Below, piece by piece: positions 17,792 through 27,921 of a stretch of DNA of 64,000 nt. The first letter of the stretch is position 1. Each line of letters opens with the position of its first letter. The position numbers and the translations under genes are program-made. Below the pieces are notes generated by a model that saw only the letters and a list, made by a program, of their open reading frames with translations, was not told the origin of the DNA and ran no database searches. Origin of the DNA: Candidatus Polarisedimenticolia bacterium (GTDB lineage: Bacteria > Acidobacteriota > Polarisedimenticolia > Gp22-AA2); NCBI GenBank assembly GCA_036001465.1, contig DASYUH010000014.1, positions 40,871 through 104,870 of the forward strand. The letters run 5' to 3'.

Positions 17792-18874
17792 ATGAGGGAC
17801 AAGGCAAGAGTCGGGCTGGCGGCTGTCGTGTTCCTGCTCTGTTCGTGCAGCAGCCCAGGCAGCCGTCAGGGGTTCCACGAGGACGCGCCCGCCGGCCGGC
17901 GCGCCGCGCCCCCGTCGCCGATCCGGCTCGGGGGACGGGCCCTGGCCAGGCTCGAATCCTGGGACATCGTCCACCCACGCTTCTCGCCCGCGGGTGATCG
18001 GCTCGCCTTCGCCAAGTCGGAAGTCGAAGACGGGATGGAGACGACGGAGCTGGCATTCCTGGACCTCGCGACCGGGGCCGTGACGACCCTGCTCGACCGC
18101 CAGGGAGCGGTCCGGTATGCGACCTACAAGGCATACGTCTTCGACCTCGACTGGACGGATGCCACCCACGTCCGCGCCGCTGTGGCCGATGGCGACGTCG
18201 GCGCAGCCTATCTCACCTACGACGTCGCCTCGGGCCGCCTCGTCGACACCCGGTACGAGGACGACGACACCCCGGCGCCCCTCGACCGGGCGTTCGCGGA
18301 GATCATCCCCGACTGCGCCCGGGCGCTGCCCACGCTCCCGCGGGAAGTGCTCGAATCCGCCCTCGCGCAGCACGCCGTCCTCGTGGGGAACCGGCGCGTG
18401 ATCCTCCAAAAGAACTACGCCGGCCACGACAACGACATCTGGCTTCTCGACTGCCTCGGCCCGTCCATGACCAGGCTGGTCGGCCTGGGAAGCGAGGACC
18501 CTGACGCCCTCGGGGGCGGGGTCTCCATCGGATCGTCCAGCGTGTTCCTCGTCTCCCGCAAGTCAGGAACCACCCTGATGCTGCTCAAGGACGGCGGGGC
18601 AGCGGAGCTGGTCACGATTCCCGGCAAGGCAAGGCACATGCAGATTGAGGTCAAGCACACGAGCTCGGACCTGGTCTATTTCCAGGTGAGGGCCCAGGCG
18701 CCCTCCGAGGTCGGCGACAACCCGCTCTTCTCGTTCGATGGCCAGCGCCTTCGGCGCGTTCTGGACTTCGAAGATCTCTACGACTTCGACATGACCCGAG
18801 ACCGACGGCTGGCCGCCTTTTGCGCCTGGCGGGGCGAGCGGCGCATCGTCGAAGTCAGAAGGTTGAGCGACTGA
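17792..18874 (+). CDS. Putative lipoprotein (hypothetical, possibly β-propeller-like)
   Basis: 360 aa; lipobox LLCSCSS after a hydrophobic leader; no enzymatic motif recognised. Confidence 0.5.
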   Translation: MRDKARVGLAAVVFLLCSCSSPGSRQGFHEDAPAGRRAAPPSPIRLGGRALARLESWDIVHPRFSPAGDRLAFAKSEVEDGMETTELAFLDLATGAVTTLLDRQGAVRYATYKAYVFDLDWTDATHVRAAVADGDVGAAYLTYDVASGRLVDTRYEDDDTPAPLDRAFAEIIPDCARALPTLPREVLESALAQHAVLVGNRRVILQKNYAGHDNDIWLLDCLGPSMTRLVGLGSEDPDALGGGVSIGSSSVFLVSRKSGTTLMLLKDGGAAELVTIPGKARHMQIEVKHTSSDLVYFQVRAQAPSEVGDNPLFSFDGQRLRRVLDFEDLYDFDMTRDRRLAAFCAWRGERRIVEVRRLSD

Positions 18875-19126
18875 ACGATCGGCGTCACCGAAATCCTCAC
18901 CTGAAGGCTCCAGGCCATCTGAAATCAGGCCCAAATCACGATTCGCGGACGTGATGACCCTTTCTTTTATGGCGCGGGTTCGCCAGGTCGCATAATTCGT
19001 ATGATGCTCGCCGTTCATCCGCCCGAGGCTGCGACCCCTATGCAAGTCGCGGGAACGCCGCAAAACCAGTGTCCTGGCTGATCTTTATCTCCGCGATGGA
19101 GCGGCTCTCCCGTCCTGGATCGGATC

Positions 19127-20989
19127 TTGCGAAGAAAACCAGAACGCGTTTTCTCAGCCTGCGGCGATGCATCGACCGGGGTCGCCGCGGGGGCCTGGCC
19201 GGTGCGGGCAGGCGACAGGGGCGTGCGCTATAGTTGGCGCGTGGATACGGGGGGAAGCGGCGGACGAACCGACGCCCCGGTCCCGGGCCCGAAATGGAGC
19301 CCGGGGGTGGGATGGCTGACCGCGGTGACCCTGGCCGCCGCGCTGGCGATCAATGTCGCGGGGCTGGGGGCAATCGCCGTGGCCCAGAGGGGCGTTGCCG
19401 ACGAGGCGCAGCGGCTGCTGCGCCTGGAGACGGAGGCCCGGGCCGGAGTGCTGGAAGGCACCCTCGCGTCGATGCGCGCCGATCTGGCGTTTCTGACCGG
19501 ATCGCCGGTCTTCTTCGGCCTGGAGTCCGCTCTCCTGTCGCGCGACCCGCGGGAGGCGCGCTGGCGGCGTCTGGAGGCCGAGGGGGCGCTGCTTCTGTTC
19601 CTGCGGGGGCATCCGGAGGCGTCCCACCTGGCCGCCCGATCCGCGGACGGGGTCGTCCTGGTCGCCGCCGGCCGGCGCGGAGGGATCCCGGTCCTCTGGA
19701 AACCGGGTGACCTGCCGGGGGTCGAGCCGGCGGGGCGGTCCGCGGATGCTGCTGCCGAACCGGCCGGAGCGCCAGGGCGCTCGATCGTCGGCCGGTTCGA
19801 GTTCAAGACAGGGGTCAGGAAGGTGTCCGGGGCGGTGAGTCTGGAGGCGACGCTCGACGCAGGCCATCTCCTGGCGCTCAACCGGGCCGTGGACGATGGA
19901 TCACGGGCCTGCATCCTCCTGGATCGGGACGGGGCCCTGCTGGGAGCGGATCCCGGGGGGGCGGCCCCGGAGCTGGCGGCTGCCGGCGTCGATGGACGCG
20001 GGATGCACGCCGGCGCGGATGTGAGGACGGAAGACTGGTCCTCTCCGGCTCCGTGGCGCCTCGCCTGCTCGCAGCTCCGGGGCCCGGCGGTGGCCCTGAT
20101 GCTGCCTCTCGCGGCGCGTTACCGGCTGACGCTGATCCTGAACCTGGCGGTGATGAGCCTGGCGCTCCTGCTCGGGGCCTTCGCCATCAAGCAGGCGCGC
20201 CGCCAGCAGGCACTCGAAGCCCGGGCGCGCGAAGAGGCGCGCGTGCGCGACCTGGAGCGGCAGCTGTTCCACACCGAGAGGCTGGGGACCGTCGGGAGGC
20301 TGGCCGCGGGCATGGCCCACGAAATCAACAATCCGCTGGAGGGCATGTCCAACTACCTGAGCCTGGCCCGGGGAGACCTGGCGCGAGGCGACGCGGCCTC
20401 GGCGCTGCGCCGCCTGGACGGGGCGCAGGAGGGGCTGAGGCGCGCCGGTGACATCGTGCGGCAGGTGTTGCAGCACGCCGATCCGGCGAGCGCCCCCCGC
20501 ACCGTCATCGATGTGAACGCGGTCCTGCGCCAGGCCGTCGAGTTCGTGCGCTCGCGACCCGAGTTCGCCGCCATCCGTTTCGAGGAGGAATTGTCCCCCT
20601 CGCCGCTCGGCGTCCAGGCCAGCCCGGCGCTCCTCGGACAGGTCTTCCTGAATCTGCTCCTGAACGCCTGCGAGGCCCAGCCGCGCGGCGGCGAGGTGCG
20701 CGTCGTGACCGGTCGGGAAGCCGAACGGGTGGTCGCCGAGATCGCCGATCGCGGTCCCGGCGTGCCGGCGGAGCACAGCGCGCGCATTTTCGAGCCGTTC
20801 TACTCGACCAAGGAGTCGACGGGTCTCGGGCTCGCGATCTGCTACTCGATCGTCACGCAGCACGGCGGCGACCTCGCCGTATCCAATCGTCCCGGCGGCG
20901 GGGCGGTCTTCCGGATGCGAATCCCCCTGGCCCGGACGGGCCTGGCGGGTGGCGGGCTTTCCTCCCGGAGCGGCTCCAGCCATGCCTGA
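19127..20989 (+). CDS. Sensor histidine kinase (membrane, HisKA + HATPase; NtrY/AtoS-like); exact start uncertain
   Basis: TM segments, H-box LAAGMAHEINNPLEG, N/G boxes (LLLNACEAQ, DRGPGVP, GLGLAI); stop overlaps the start of the downstream response regulator. Confidence 0.75.
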   Translation: MRRKPERVFSACGDASTGVAAGAWPVRAGDRGVRYSWRVDTGGSGGRTDAPVPGPKWSPGVGWLTAVTLAAALAINVAGLGAIAVAQRGVADEAQRLLRLETEARAGVLEGTLASMRADLAFLTGSPVFFGLESALLSRDPREARWRRLEAEGALLLFLRGHPEASHLAARSADGVVLVAAGRRGGIPVLWKPGDLPGVEPAGRSADAAAEPAGAPGRSIVGRFEFKTGVRKVSGAVSLEATLDAGHLLALNRAVDDGSRACILLDRDGALLGADPGGAAPELAAAGVDGRGMHAGADVRTEDWSSPAPWRLACSQLRGPAVALMLPLAARYRLTLILNLAVMSLALLLGAFAIKQARRQQALEARAREEARVRDLERQLFHTERLGTVGRLAAGMAHEINNPLEGMSNYLSLARGDLARGDAASALRRLDGAQEGLRRAGDIVRQVLQHADPASAPRTVIDVNAVLRQAVEFVRSRPEFAAIRFEEELSPSPLGVQASPALLGQVFLNLLLNACEAQPRGGEVRVVTGREAERVVAEIADRGPGVPAEHSARIFEPFYSTKESTGLGLAICYSIVTQHGGDLAVSNRPGGGAVFRMRIPLARTGLAGGGLSSRSGSSHA

Positions 20990-22394
20990 GCGAAAGCCGG
21001 CCCGCGGCCGGGTGCTCGTCGTGGAGGACGAGGCGTACGTGCGGACTTCGATCGGCGAGGTCCTCGGCGAGCGCGGCTACGACGTCGACCTGGCGGCGAG
21101 CGTCGCCGACGCCCTCGCCTCCCTGGGCCGGACCCCCGTGGACGTCGTCCTCACGGATCTCAAGATGCCCGGGGCGGACGGGCTCGACCTCGTGAAGCGC
21201 ATGCAGAACGCCTATCCCCTGGTCCCGGTGGTCGTGCTCACCGGACAGGGGACGATCGCCTCGGCGATCGAGTGCGTCAGGGCCGGGGCGGCCGACTACA
21301 TCCTCAAGCCGGCGGATCCGGACGCCCTGGAGGTCGCCCTGGACCGGGCCCTCGCGACACGGGCGCTGCAGCGCGAGGTGGACTACCTGCGCCGCTTCGA
21401 TCTTCCGGGCGAGGAGCCGCCGGTCGGCCGGTCCAGGGCCTGGAACCAGGTGATGGAGACGGCGCGCACGGTGGCGGCCAGCGATGCCACGGTGTTCCTG
21501 CTCGGCGAGTCGGGCACCGGCAAGGAGCTGGTCGCGCGCCTGATCCACCGCCTGAGCCGCAGGGCGAAGGGGCCGTACGTGCGCGTCAACTGCGCCGCCA
21601 TCCCGATGGAGATGTGGGAGAGCGAGTTCTTCGGGCACCGCAGGGGCTCGTTCACCGGCGCCACCGCCGACCGCGAGGGGCGCTTCCTCCTGGCGCACCG
21701 GGGGACGCTGTTCATGGACGAGATCGGCGACATGCCGCTCCAGGCGCAGGCGAAGATCCTGCGTGTTCTCCAGGACGGGGAGTTCGACCGGGTCGGCGAC
21801 GAGCGCCCGACGCGCGTCGACGTCCGGGTCATCGCCGCCACCAACAGCGACATCGACGCGGCCGTGGCCGATCGGCGCTTCCGGCAGGACCTCTTCTACC
21901 GGCTCAACGTGGTGCGCATCGCCCTGCCACCCCTGCGTGACCGGGGAGAGGACATCCCCCTGCTCGCCGAGCTCTTCGCGCGCGCGATCTCCGCCCGGCT
22001 GGGCCAGCCACCCCCACGGATCGCCCCGGAGGTCCATGCCGACCTCCTGGCCTACACCTGGCCGGGAAACGTGCGCGAGCTGCGCAATGTGATCGAGAGG
22101 GCGCTGATTCTGAACCCGGGGCCCGATCTCGTGTCGCTCGACCTGCCGCCGGTCGGGGGGCTCGCCTCGTCCGCCTTCGCGGGCCGGCCGTCCGACGCGG
22201 ACGCGCCGGCGGGGGGCGACGACCTGAACATCCGCGCCGTGGTGGCCCGGCATGAAAGGGACTCCATCGTCGAGGCCCTGCGGCGCGCCCGGGGAGTGCG
22301 CAAAGAAGCGGCGCGCCTGCTCGGCATCGATCAGCGCAACCTGGCGTACTACCTGCGCAAGCACGGAATCGACCCCGACGCGACGGAGGGGTAG
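20982..22394 (+). CDS. NtrC-family σ54-dependent response regulator (REC + AAA+ + HTH)
   Basis: Receiver (VLVVEDE...D in LTDLKMPG), σ54 AAA+ (GESGTGKE, GSFTGA), C-terminal Fis-type HTH. Confidence 0.85.
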   Translation: MPERKPARGRVLVVEDEAYVRTSIGEVLGERGYDVDLAASVADALASLGRTPVDVVLTDLKMPGADGLDLVKRMQNAYPLVPVVVLTGQGTIASAIECVRAGAADYILKPADPDALEVALDRALATRALQREVDYLRRFDLPGEEPPVGRSRAWNQVMETARTVAASDATVFLLGESGTGKELVARLIHRLSRRAKGPYVRVNCAAIPMEMWESEFFGHRRGSFTGATADREGRFLLAHRGTLFMDEIGDMPLQAQAKILRVLQDGEFDRVGDERPTRVDVRVIAATNSDIDAAVADRRFRQDLFYRLNVVRIALPPLRDRGEDIPLLAELFARAISARLGQPPPRIAPEVHADLLAYTWPGNVRELRNVIERALILNPGPDLVSLDLPPVGGLASSAFAGRPSDADAPAGGDDLNIRAVVARHERDSIVEALRRARGVRKEAARLLGIDQRNLAYYLRKHGIDPDATEG

Positions 22395-22405
22395 GGGCCT
22401 CGGGG

Positions 22406-25400
22406 ATGCTGACGCTCGACGGGACGCGACGCGAAGGGGGCGCGAAGCCGCGCGGCAGCACGACGCTCATGCGCGCGCTCCTGGTGTTCCTGCTGGCCAA
22501 CGCCGCGTACCTGGCCGCCTTCGACTCGGCGACCATCCTGTATCACGTGCAGGTCGTGGCGCACGTCGCGTTCGGTCTCCTCCTCGTCCTGACGCTCATC
22601 GGGCGCGGCCCGGCCGCCGTGCGGCGCAGCTGGGCACGATCCGAGAACACCTGGAGCCGGGCGGCGTTCGTGGCGGTCGCCGTCTCGTCCGTCGTGGCCA
22701 TCGCCACGAGCCTGGTCCTGGCGGTCACGGGGACCGCGACGCCTTACCGGCCGATCCTGGCGGGCCACGTGGTCGCGGCGCTCCTGGCCTTCGTGGCGGG
22801 GATCGCCTGGCAGGCGGCGCGCGGCAATGCGCGGGGAGCGCGGCGCGTGGCGCTGGTCCTCCTGCTCGCCCTGGCGCTGCCGGCCGGCACGCGGGGCTCG
22901 CGCCGGCTCTTCCCGCAGTCCGCCGCGACCATCGTCAACCCCACTACGCCGCCTTTGACGCCGTTCGAGGAGGGGGGAGGCCGGAACGGACCGTTCTTCC
23001 CCTCCTCGGTGACCACGGTCGGGAACCGCCTGATCCCGCACGATTTCTTCCTGGAGTCGAAATCCTGCGGCAACACGGGGTGCCATCCGGACATCACCGC
23101 GCAGTGGGAGTCCTCGATGCACCATTTCTCGTCCTTCAACAACCAGTGGTACCGCAAATCGATTGAATACATGCAGGAAGTCGTGGGGACTGGGCCCTCC
23201 AAGTGGTGCGGCGGCTGCCATGACCAGGCGGTGCTTTTGACCGGGCGGATGGATCGGCCGATCGTGGAGCAGATCGACACGCCGCAGGCGCAGGCGGGAA
23301 TCGGCTGCCTGGTCTGCCACTCGATCGTCGCGGTGAAGGACACCATGGGCCAGGGGGGCTACGTCCTGGAGTATCCCGAGATGCACCGGCTGGTGGCGAG
23401 CGGGAATCCTCTCATGCACCGGCTGCACGACTACATGACGCGCCTCGACCCCGGCCCGCACAAGGCGACGATGCTGAAGCCGTTCCACCGCGAGAGCCGC
23501 GCCGAGTTCTGCTCCTCCTGCCACAAGGTGCACCTGGACGTCCCGGTGAACCACTACCGCTGGTTCCGCGGGTTCAACGAATACGACGCCTGGCAGGGGA
23601 GCGGCGTGTCGCACCAGGGGGCGCGCGCCTTCTACTACCCGGAGAAGGCCAAGGACTGCGGCGACTGCCACATGCCGCTCGTCCGGTCCGCCGATCAGGG
23701 GAACCGCGGCGGGTTCGTGCACTCGCACCGCTTCCCCGGGGCGAACACCGCCGTGCCGTTCGCCAACCGCGACGAGGTCCAGCTCAAGACGACGCGCGAT
23801 TTCCTGACCGCCGGAATCCTGACCGTCGACGTCTTCGCCGCGAGCGAGGCGGCGCCGGCCGCGCGCGGCCCCGCGGGAGACCATGGGGCCTCGGGCCGAC
23901 CGGAGGCGCCGATGGGAGGCGCCGCCCCCTCCGGTGAGGAGGCCCAGCCCACGGCCCTGACGATGTTCCCCGATCTGCCGGACTCCGGGGACGGATCGTC
24001 GCGGGCCGCCCCGGCCCGCGGCCGCCCGTCGCGGGGCGAAGCCGCCGAGCCGCCGCTGGTCGCCCCCCTGGATCGCGCCGACCCCTTCCTGCGGGCCGGG
24101 CGGACGTACCGGGTGGACGTGGTGGCGCGCACCCGCAACATCGGGCATTTCTTCCCGGGCGGGACGGTGGACGCGTTCGACGTCTGGCTCGAGCTGAAGG
24201 CCGAGGACGCGGACGGCCGCGTCATCTACTGGAGCGGCTTCGTCGAGGACGGCGGCACGGGCCCGGTCGAGGCCGGGGCCCACCGCTACCGGTCGCTGCA
24301 GATCGACGCCCACGGGAACGAGATCAACAAGCGCAACGCCTGGGCCACCCGCGCCCTGGTCTATGCGCGCCTGATCCCCCCGGGCTCCGCCGACGTCGGG
24401 CGCTTCCGGGTCGCCATCCCGCGCGGGGCGCGGGGCGCGGTCACCTTCACGGCGCGCATGAACTACAGGAAGTTTCACTGGTACAACACCCATTTCTCGT
24501 TCGCCGGAGCGAGCGACACGGGGGCGGCGCCGGGCGCCCTGTCCCCCGACTTCGACGATCGCGCGGTCTCGTTCACCGGCGACACGTCGCGGGTCTCGGG
24601 GCGGATCAAGGCGGTGCCGGACCTGCCGATCGTGGTGGTGGCCGAGGACAAGGTCGTCCTGCCCCTCCTCACGGACACCGGGCCGGAGCCGGGCAAAAGG
24701 CCGGCCGGGGTCCCGGCCCCCCTGCCCGTCGATCGCGAGCGCTGGAACGACTACGGGATCGGCATGCTCCTGCAGGGAGATCTCAAGGGGGCGAAGCGGG
24801 CGTTCGAGCGTGTGATGGCGATCGATCCGCAGTATGCCGACGGGTTCGTCAACGCGGGGCGCGTGCTGGTGCAGGAGGGGGACCACGAAGCGGCGGTGCC
24901 GCTCCTGGAGAAGGCGCTGGCCGGGAAGCCCGATCTCGCCAGCGCGCATTATTTCCTCGCCCTGGCGCTCAAGGCCCGCGGCCGGTACGATGAGGCTCTC
25001 GGTCACCTGCGCGCCGCCGCCGCCCGCTTCCCGCGCGATCGGGTGGTGCGCAATCAGATCGGCCGCATCCTCTTCCTGCAGCGGCGCCACGAGGAGGCGA
25101 TCGCCGAGTTCGAGAGCGCGCTGCGCGTCGATCCGGAGGACCTGACGGCCCATTACAATCTGATGCTGTGCTACCGGGCCCTGGGCCGGGTCGAAGAGGA
25201 GAGGCGCGAGGAGGTCCTCTACACGCGCTTCAAGGCGGACGAGTCGGCGCAGGCGATCACCGGCGCGTACCGCCGGCTGAACGCGGAGCAGAACCTGGAG
25301 CGACAGCCGATCCACGAGCACGCGAACCGCTACACTCCGGCGAAGCTGCCGCGCGCCGATCGTGCCGCGGGCTCCGGTCCGGCCGGGACCGGCAGGACGG

Positions 25401-25411
25401 GGGCTCGATGA
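22406..25411 (+). CDS. Membrane-anchored multiheme c-type cytochrome (5 CxxCH) fused to a C-terminal TPR-repeat domain
   Basis: Four N-terminal TM helices; heme motifs CGNTGCH, CGGCHD, CLVCHS, CSSCHK, CGDCHM; C-terminal TPR repeats (AKRAFERVMAIDPQYADGFVNAGRVL...). Confidence 0.7.
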   Translation: MLTLDGTRREGGAKPRGSTTLMRALLVFLLANAAYLAAFDSATILYHVQVVAHVAFGLLLVLTLIGRGPAAVRRSWARSENTWSRAAFVAVAVSSVVAIATSLVLAVTGTATPYRPILAGHVVAALLAFVAGIAWQAARGNARGARRVALVLLLALALPAGTRGSRRLFPQSAATIVNPTTPPLTPFEEGGGRNGPFFPSSVTTVGNRLIPHDFFLESKSCGNTGCHPDITAQWESSMHHFSSFNNQWYRKSIEYMQEVVGTGPSKWCGGCHDQAVLLTGRMDRPIVEQIDTPQAQAGIGCLVCHSIVAVKDTMGQGGYVLEYPEMHRLVASGNPLMHRLHDYMTRLDPGPHKATMLKPFHRESRAEFCSSCHKVHLDVPVNHYRWFRGFNEYDAWQGSGVSHQGARAFYYPEKAKDCGDCHMPLVRSADQGNRGGFVHSHRFPGANTAVPFANRDEVQLKTTRDFLTAGILTVDVFAASEAAPAARGPAGDHGASGRPEAPMGGAAPSGEEAQPTALTMFPDLPDSGDGSSRAAPARGRPSRGEAAEPPLVAPLDRADPFLRAGRTYRVDVVARTRNIGHFFPGGTVDAFDVWLELKAEDADGRVIYWSGFVEDGGTGPVEAGAHRYRSLQIDAHGNEINKRNAWATRALVYARLIPPGSADVGRFRVAIPRGARGAVTFTARMNYRKFHWYNTHFSFAGASDTGAAPGALSPDFDDRAVSFTGDTSRVSGRIKAVPDLPIVVVAEDKVVLPLLTDTGPEPGKRPAGVPAPLPVDRERWNDYGIGMLLQGDLKGAKRAFERVMAIDPQYADGFVNAGRVLVQEGDHEAAVPLLEKALAGKPDLASAHYFLALALKARGRYDEALGHLRAAAARFPRDRVVRNQIGRILFLQRRHEEAIAEFESALRVDPEDLTAHYNLMLCYRALGRVEEERREEVLYTRFKADESAQAITGAYRRLNAEQNLERQPIHEHANRYTPAKLPRADRAAGSGPAGTGRTGAR

Positions 25412-27921
25412 TCCGAGAATCCTCCAGGAGCCTGTCCGAGTATTGGGCCGGGTCGCGTTCCGGACGCCGTGGGGCCGGATGCGAGGCGCCGCGACGACGT
25501 CCGATGCCGGAGCATCGAGGAGGCGCGGCAACGAAGCAGACGGCCCCACGCCGCCGGAACCCGGAGGGCGCACGGGGATTGCGGCCGCAGACCGCGTCGC
25601 TCGTCGTCGGCGATGGATCCGCATCGCTCTCCTCCTCGCTCCTTGTCTGCGATCCGCAAGCCCCATGCGCGCGGCCCGGCCGAATACTCGGACCGGCTCC
25701 TAGGCCCTCTTTCCCGCAGCGCGCCGCCATCCCCCTCGTCGTCCTGCTCGTCGGCGGGCTCGCCACCGGCACCGGCTGCGGGCACCAGGACGGGCCGCGC
25801 GTGTCCGCGCCGGCCACGACCCCCGCGCCGGCCGGGAGGGAGGTTGTGTTCACCGACGTGACGCAGGCGGCCGGAATCGGATTCGTCCACAACAGCGGCG
25901 CGTTCGGCAGGAAATACCTGCCCGAGACCATGGGATCGGGCCTGGCCTTCCTCGACTACGACGGCGACGGCCGCCAGGACCTGTTCTTCGTGAACGGCGC
26001 CGACTGGCCGGAGAAACGGCGCCGGACGACCACGCAGGCCCTGTATCGGAATCGCGGCGACGGCACGTTCGAGGAGGTGACACGCAAGGCCGGTCTCGCG
26101 GTCGAGATGTACGGAATCGGGGTGGCGGCGGCCGATTTCGACAACGACGGCGACGTCGATCTGTTCATCAATGCGCTCGGCCCCGACCGCCTGTTCCGCA
26201 ACCGGGGGGACGGGACGTTCGAGGACGTGACCCAGAGGGCGGGCGTGTCCGACCCGGCGTTCGGATCGAGCGCCGCCTGGCTCGACTACGACCGCGACGG
26301 CCGGCTGGACCTGTTCGTCTGCAATTACGTGCAGTGGTCGCCGAAGGAGGACATCTTCTGCACCCTCGACGGCGTCGGCAAGTCGTACTGCACTCCCGAA
26401 TCGTACCGGGGGGCGACCAACCGCCTGTTCCGCAACCGCGGGGACGGCACGTTCGAAGACGTGACGCGGCGGACCGGCGTGTTCGATCCGACGGGGAAAT
26501 CGCTCGGAGTGGTCGCCTTCGACTACGACGGCGACGGCCTCCCGGACCTGGCGGTCGCCAACGACACGCAGCCCAACTTCCTGTATCGCAACCGCGGGGA
26601 CGGCACGTTCGCCGAGACCGGCCGCACCGCCGGGATCGCCTTCAGCGAGGAGGGGAAGGCGCGCGGCGCCATGGGAATCGACGCCGCCGATTACGACGGC
26701 TCGGGACGTGAAAGCCTGGTGATCGGGAATTTCTCCAACGAGATGCTGGCCCTGTACCACAACGAGGGGAGGGGCCTGTTCATCGACGACGCGGCGATGG
26801 CGGGGATCGGCCAGCCGAGCCTCCTGACGCTCGCCTTCGGCTGCTTCTTCTTCGACTTCGACCTCGACGGCCTCCTCGACCTCTTCGTGGCCAACGGACA
26901 CGTCGAAAACGACATCAACCGGGTGCAGCCGTCGGTCACCTACGCCGAGCCGCCGCACCTGTTCCGCGGAGTCGGAGGCGGACGATTCGAGCAGGCCGAC
27001 GCGCGGGCGGGGCCCGACTTCAAGCGCCCGATCGTGGGGCGCGGCGCCGCCTACGCCGACTACGACGGCGACGGCGACCTGGACATCGCGGTCTCGACCA
27101 ACAACGGCCCGGCCCTCCTTCTGCGCAACGACGGCGGCAACGCCGGCCCCTGGCTGCGGCTCCGCCTCGTCGGCAAGAAATCGAATCGCGACGGCATCGG
27201 CGCCGTCGTGCGCCTGCGCGCCGGCGGGATCGGCGGCCAGCGCACGGTGCGCTCGGCGGCGTCGTACGCGTCGCAGAGCGAGCTGCCCCTGACCTTCGGG
27301 CTCGGCTCCGTCCGGGGAGGTGACCCCCTCGCCGCCGACCTGCAGGTGACGTGGCCGGACGGCGCGGTGCAGTCCGTCACCGGGCTCGCGGCTGGCCGCC
27401 TGCACGTCATCGAAGAGCCCCCCCTCCCGGCCGCTAGCTCGGACACACTTCCAGGCAGCCCGGGCTTCACCTCGACTCGCGCCGCACGTTCCGATACACC
27501 CGAGTCATCTGCCGGACCAGGCGCACCCCCGCCGGCGTCAGGAGCCCCTCCGCGGAGGAGCGCCGCAGATCGCAGAGAGCCCGGCCGACCATGCCGATTT
27601 CACGGCGCAGCTCGCGGCGAGCGAGGCGGGGGCCGGAGCGGCCCAGATCGGCCGCCAGGAGGCGGGGATGGTCGCGGGAGGCGCGCAGGATACGGCGGAA
27701 CAGGCCGGCTCGGAACAGAAACGTGTAGGCGCCGTGCAGGATCCCGCGCAGGGGACGGCGCGTGCCGCGCCAGGGGGAATCGAACGCCTGCACCTCCCGG
27801 GTGTCCGCCCCCGGCCGCAGGAGGCGGGAGGCCTCCTCCATGTCGTGCAGCCGGTGGTGGCTGTTCTCGTGCAGCAGATCGTCGGCCAGATCGACGAGCG
27901 ACTTGCCGGCCACGTGGATGA
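25408..27921 (+). CDS. CRTAC1/ASPIC-UnbV family protein with FG-GAP/VCBS-like repeats (both start and true C-terminus uncertain)
   Basis: Repeated FRNRGDGTFEDVT / DYDGDG motifs and a C-terminal UnbV_ASPIC-like region. The ATG at 25408 overlaps the cytochrome stop (ATGA), but the lipoprotein-like signal (LVVLLVGGLATGTGC) begins ~100 aa later. There is no in-frame stop until 27921. Confidence 0.55.
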   Translation: MIRESSRSLSEYWAGSRSGRRGAGCEAPRRRPMPEHRGGAATKQTAPRRRNPEGARGLRPQTASLVVGDGSASLSSSLLVCDPQAPCARPGRILGPAPRPSFPQRAAIPLVVLLVGGLATGTGCGHQDGPRVSAPATTPAPAGREVVFTDVTQAAGIGFVHNSGAFGRKYLPETMGSGLAFLDYDGDGRQDLFFVNGADWPEKRRRTTTQALYRNRGDGTFEEVTRKAGLAVEMYGIGVAAADFDNDGDVDLFINALGPDRLFRNRGDGTFEDVTQRAGVSDPAFGSSAAWLDYDRDGRLDLFVCNYVQWSPKEDIFCTLDGVGKSYCTPESYRGATNRLFRNRGDGTFEDVTRRTGVFDPTGKSLGVVAFDYDGDGLPDLAVANDTQPNFLYRNRGDGTFAETGRTAGIAFSEEGKARGAMGIDAADYDGSGRESLVIGNFSNEMLALYHNEGRGLFIDDAAMAGIGQPSLLTLAFGCFFFDFDLDGLLDLFVANGHVENDINRVQPSVTYAEPPHLFRGVGGGRFEQADARAGPDFKRPIVGRGAAYADYDGDGDLDIAVSTNNGPALLLRNDGGNAGPWLRLRLVGKKSNRDGIGAVVRLRAGGIGGQRTVRSAASYASQSELPLTFGLGSVRGGDPLAADLQVTWPDGAVQSVTGLAAGRLHVIEEPPLPAASSDTLPGSPGFTSTRAARSDTPESSAGPGAPPPASGAPPRRSAADRREPGRPCRFHGAARGERGGGRSGPDRPPGGGDGRGRRAGYGGTGRLGTETCRRRAGSRAGDGACRARGNRTPAPPGCPPPAAGGGRPPPCRAAGGGCSRAADRRPDRRATCRPRG

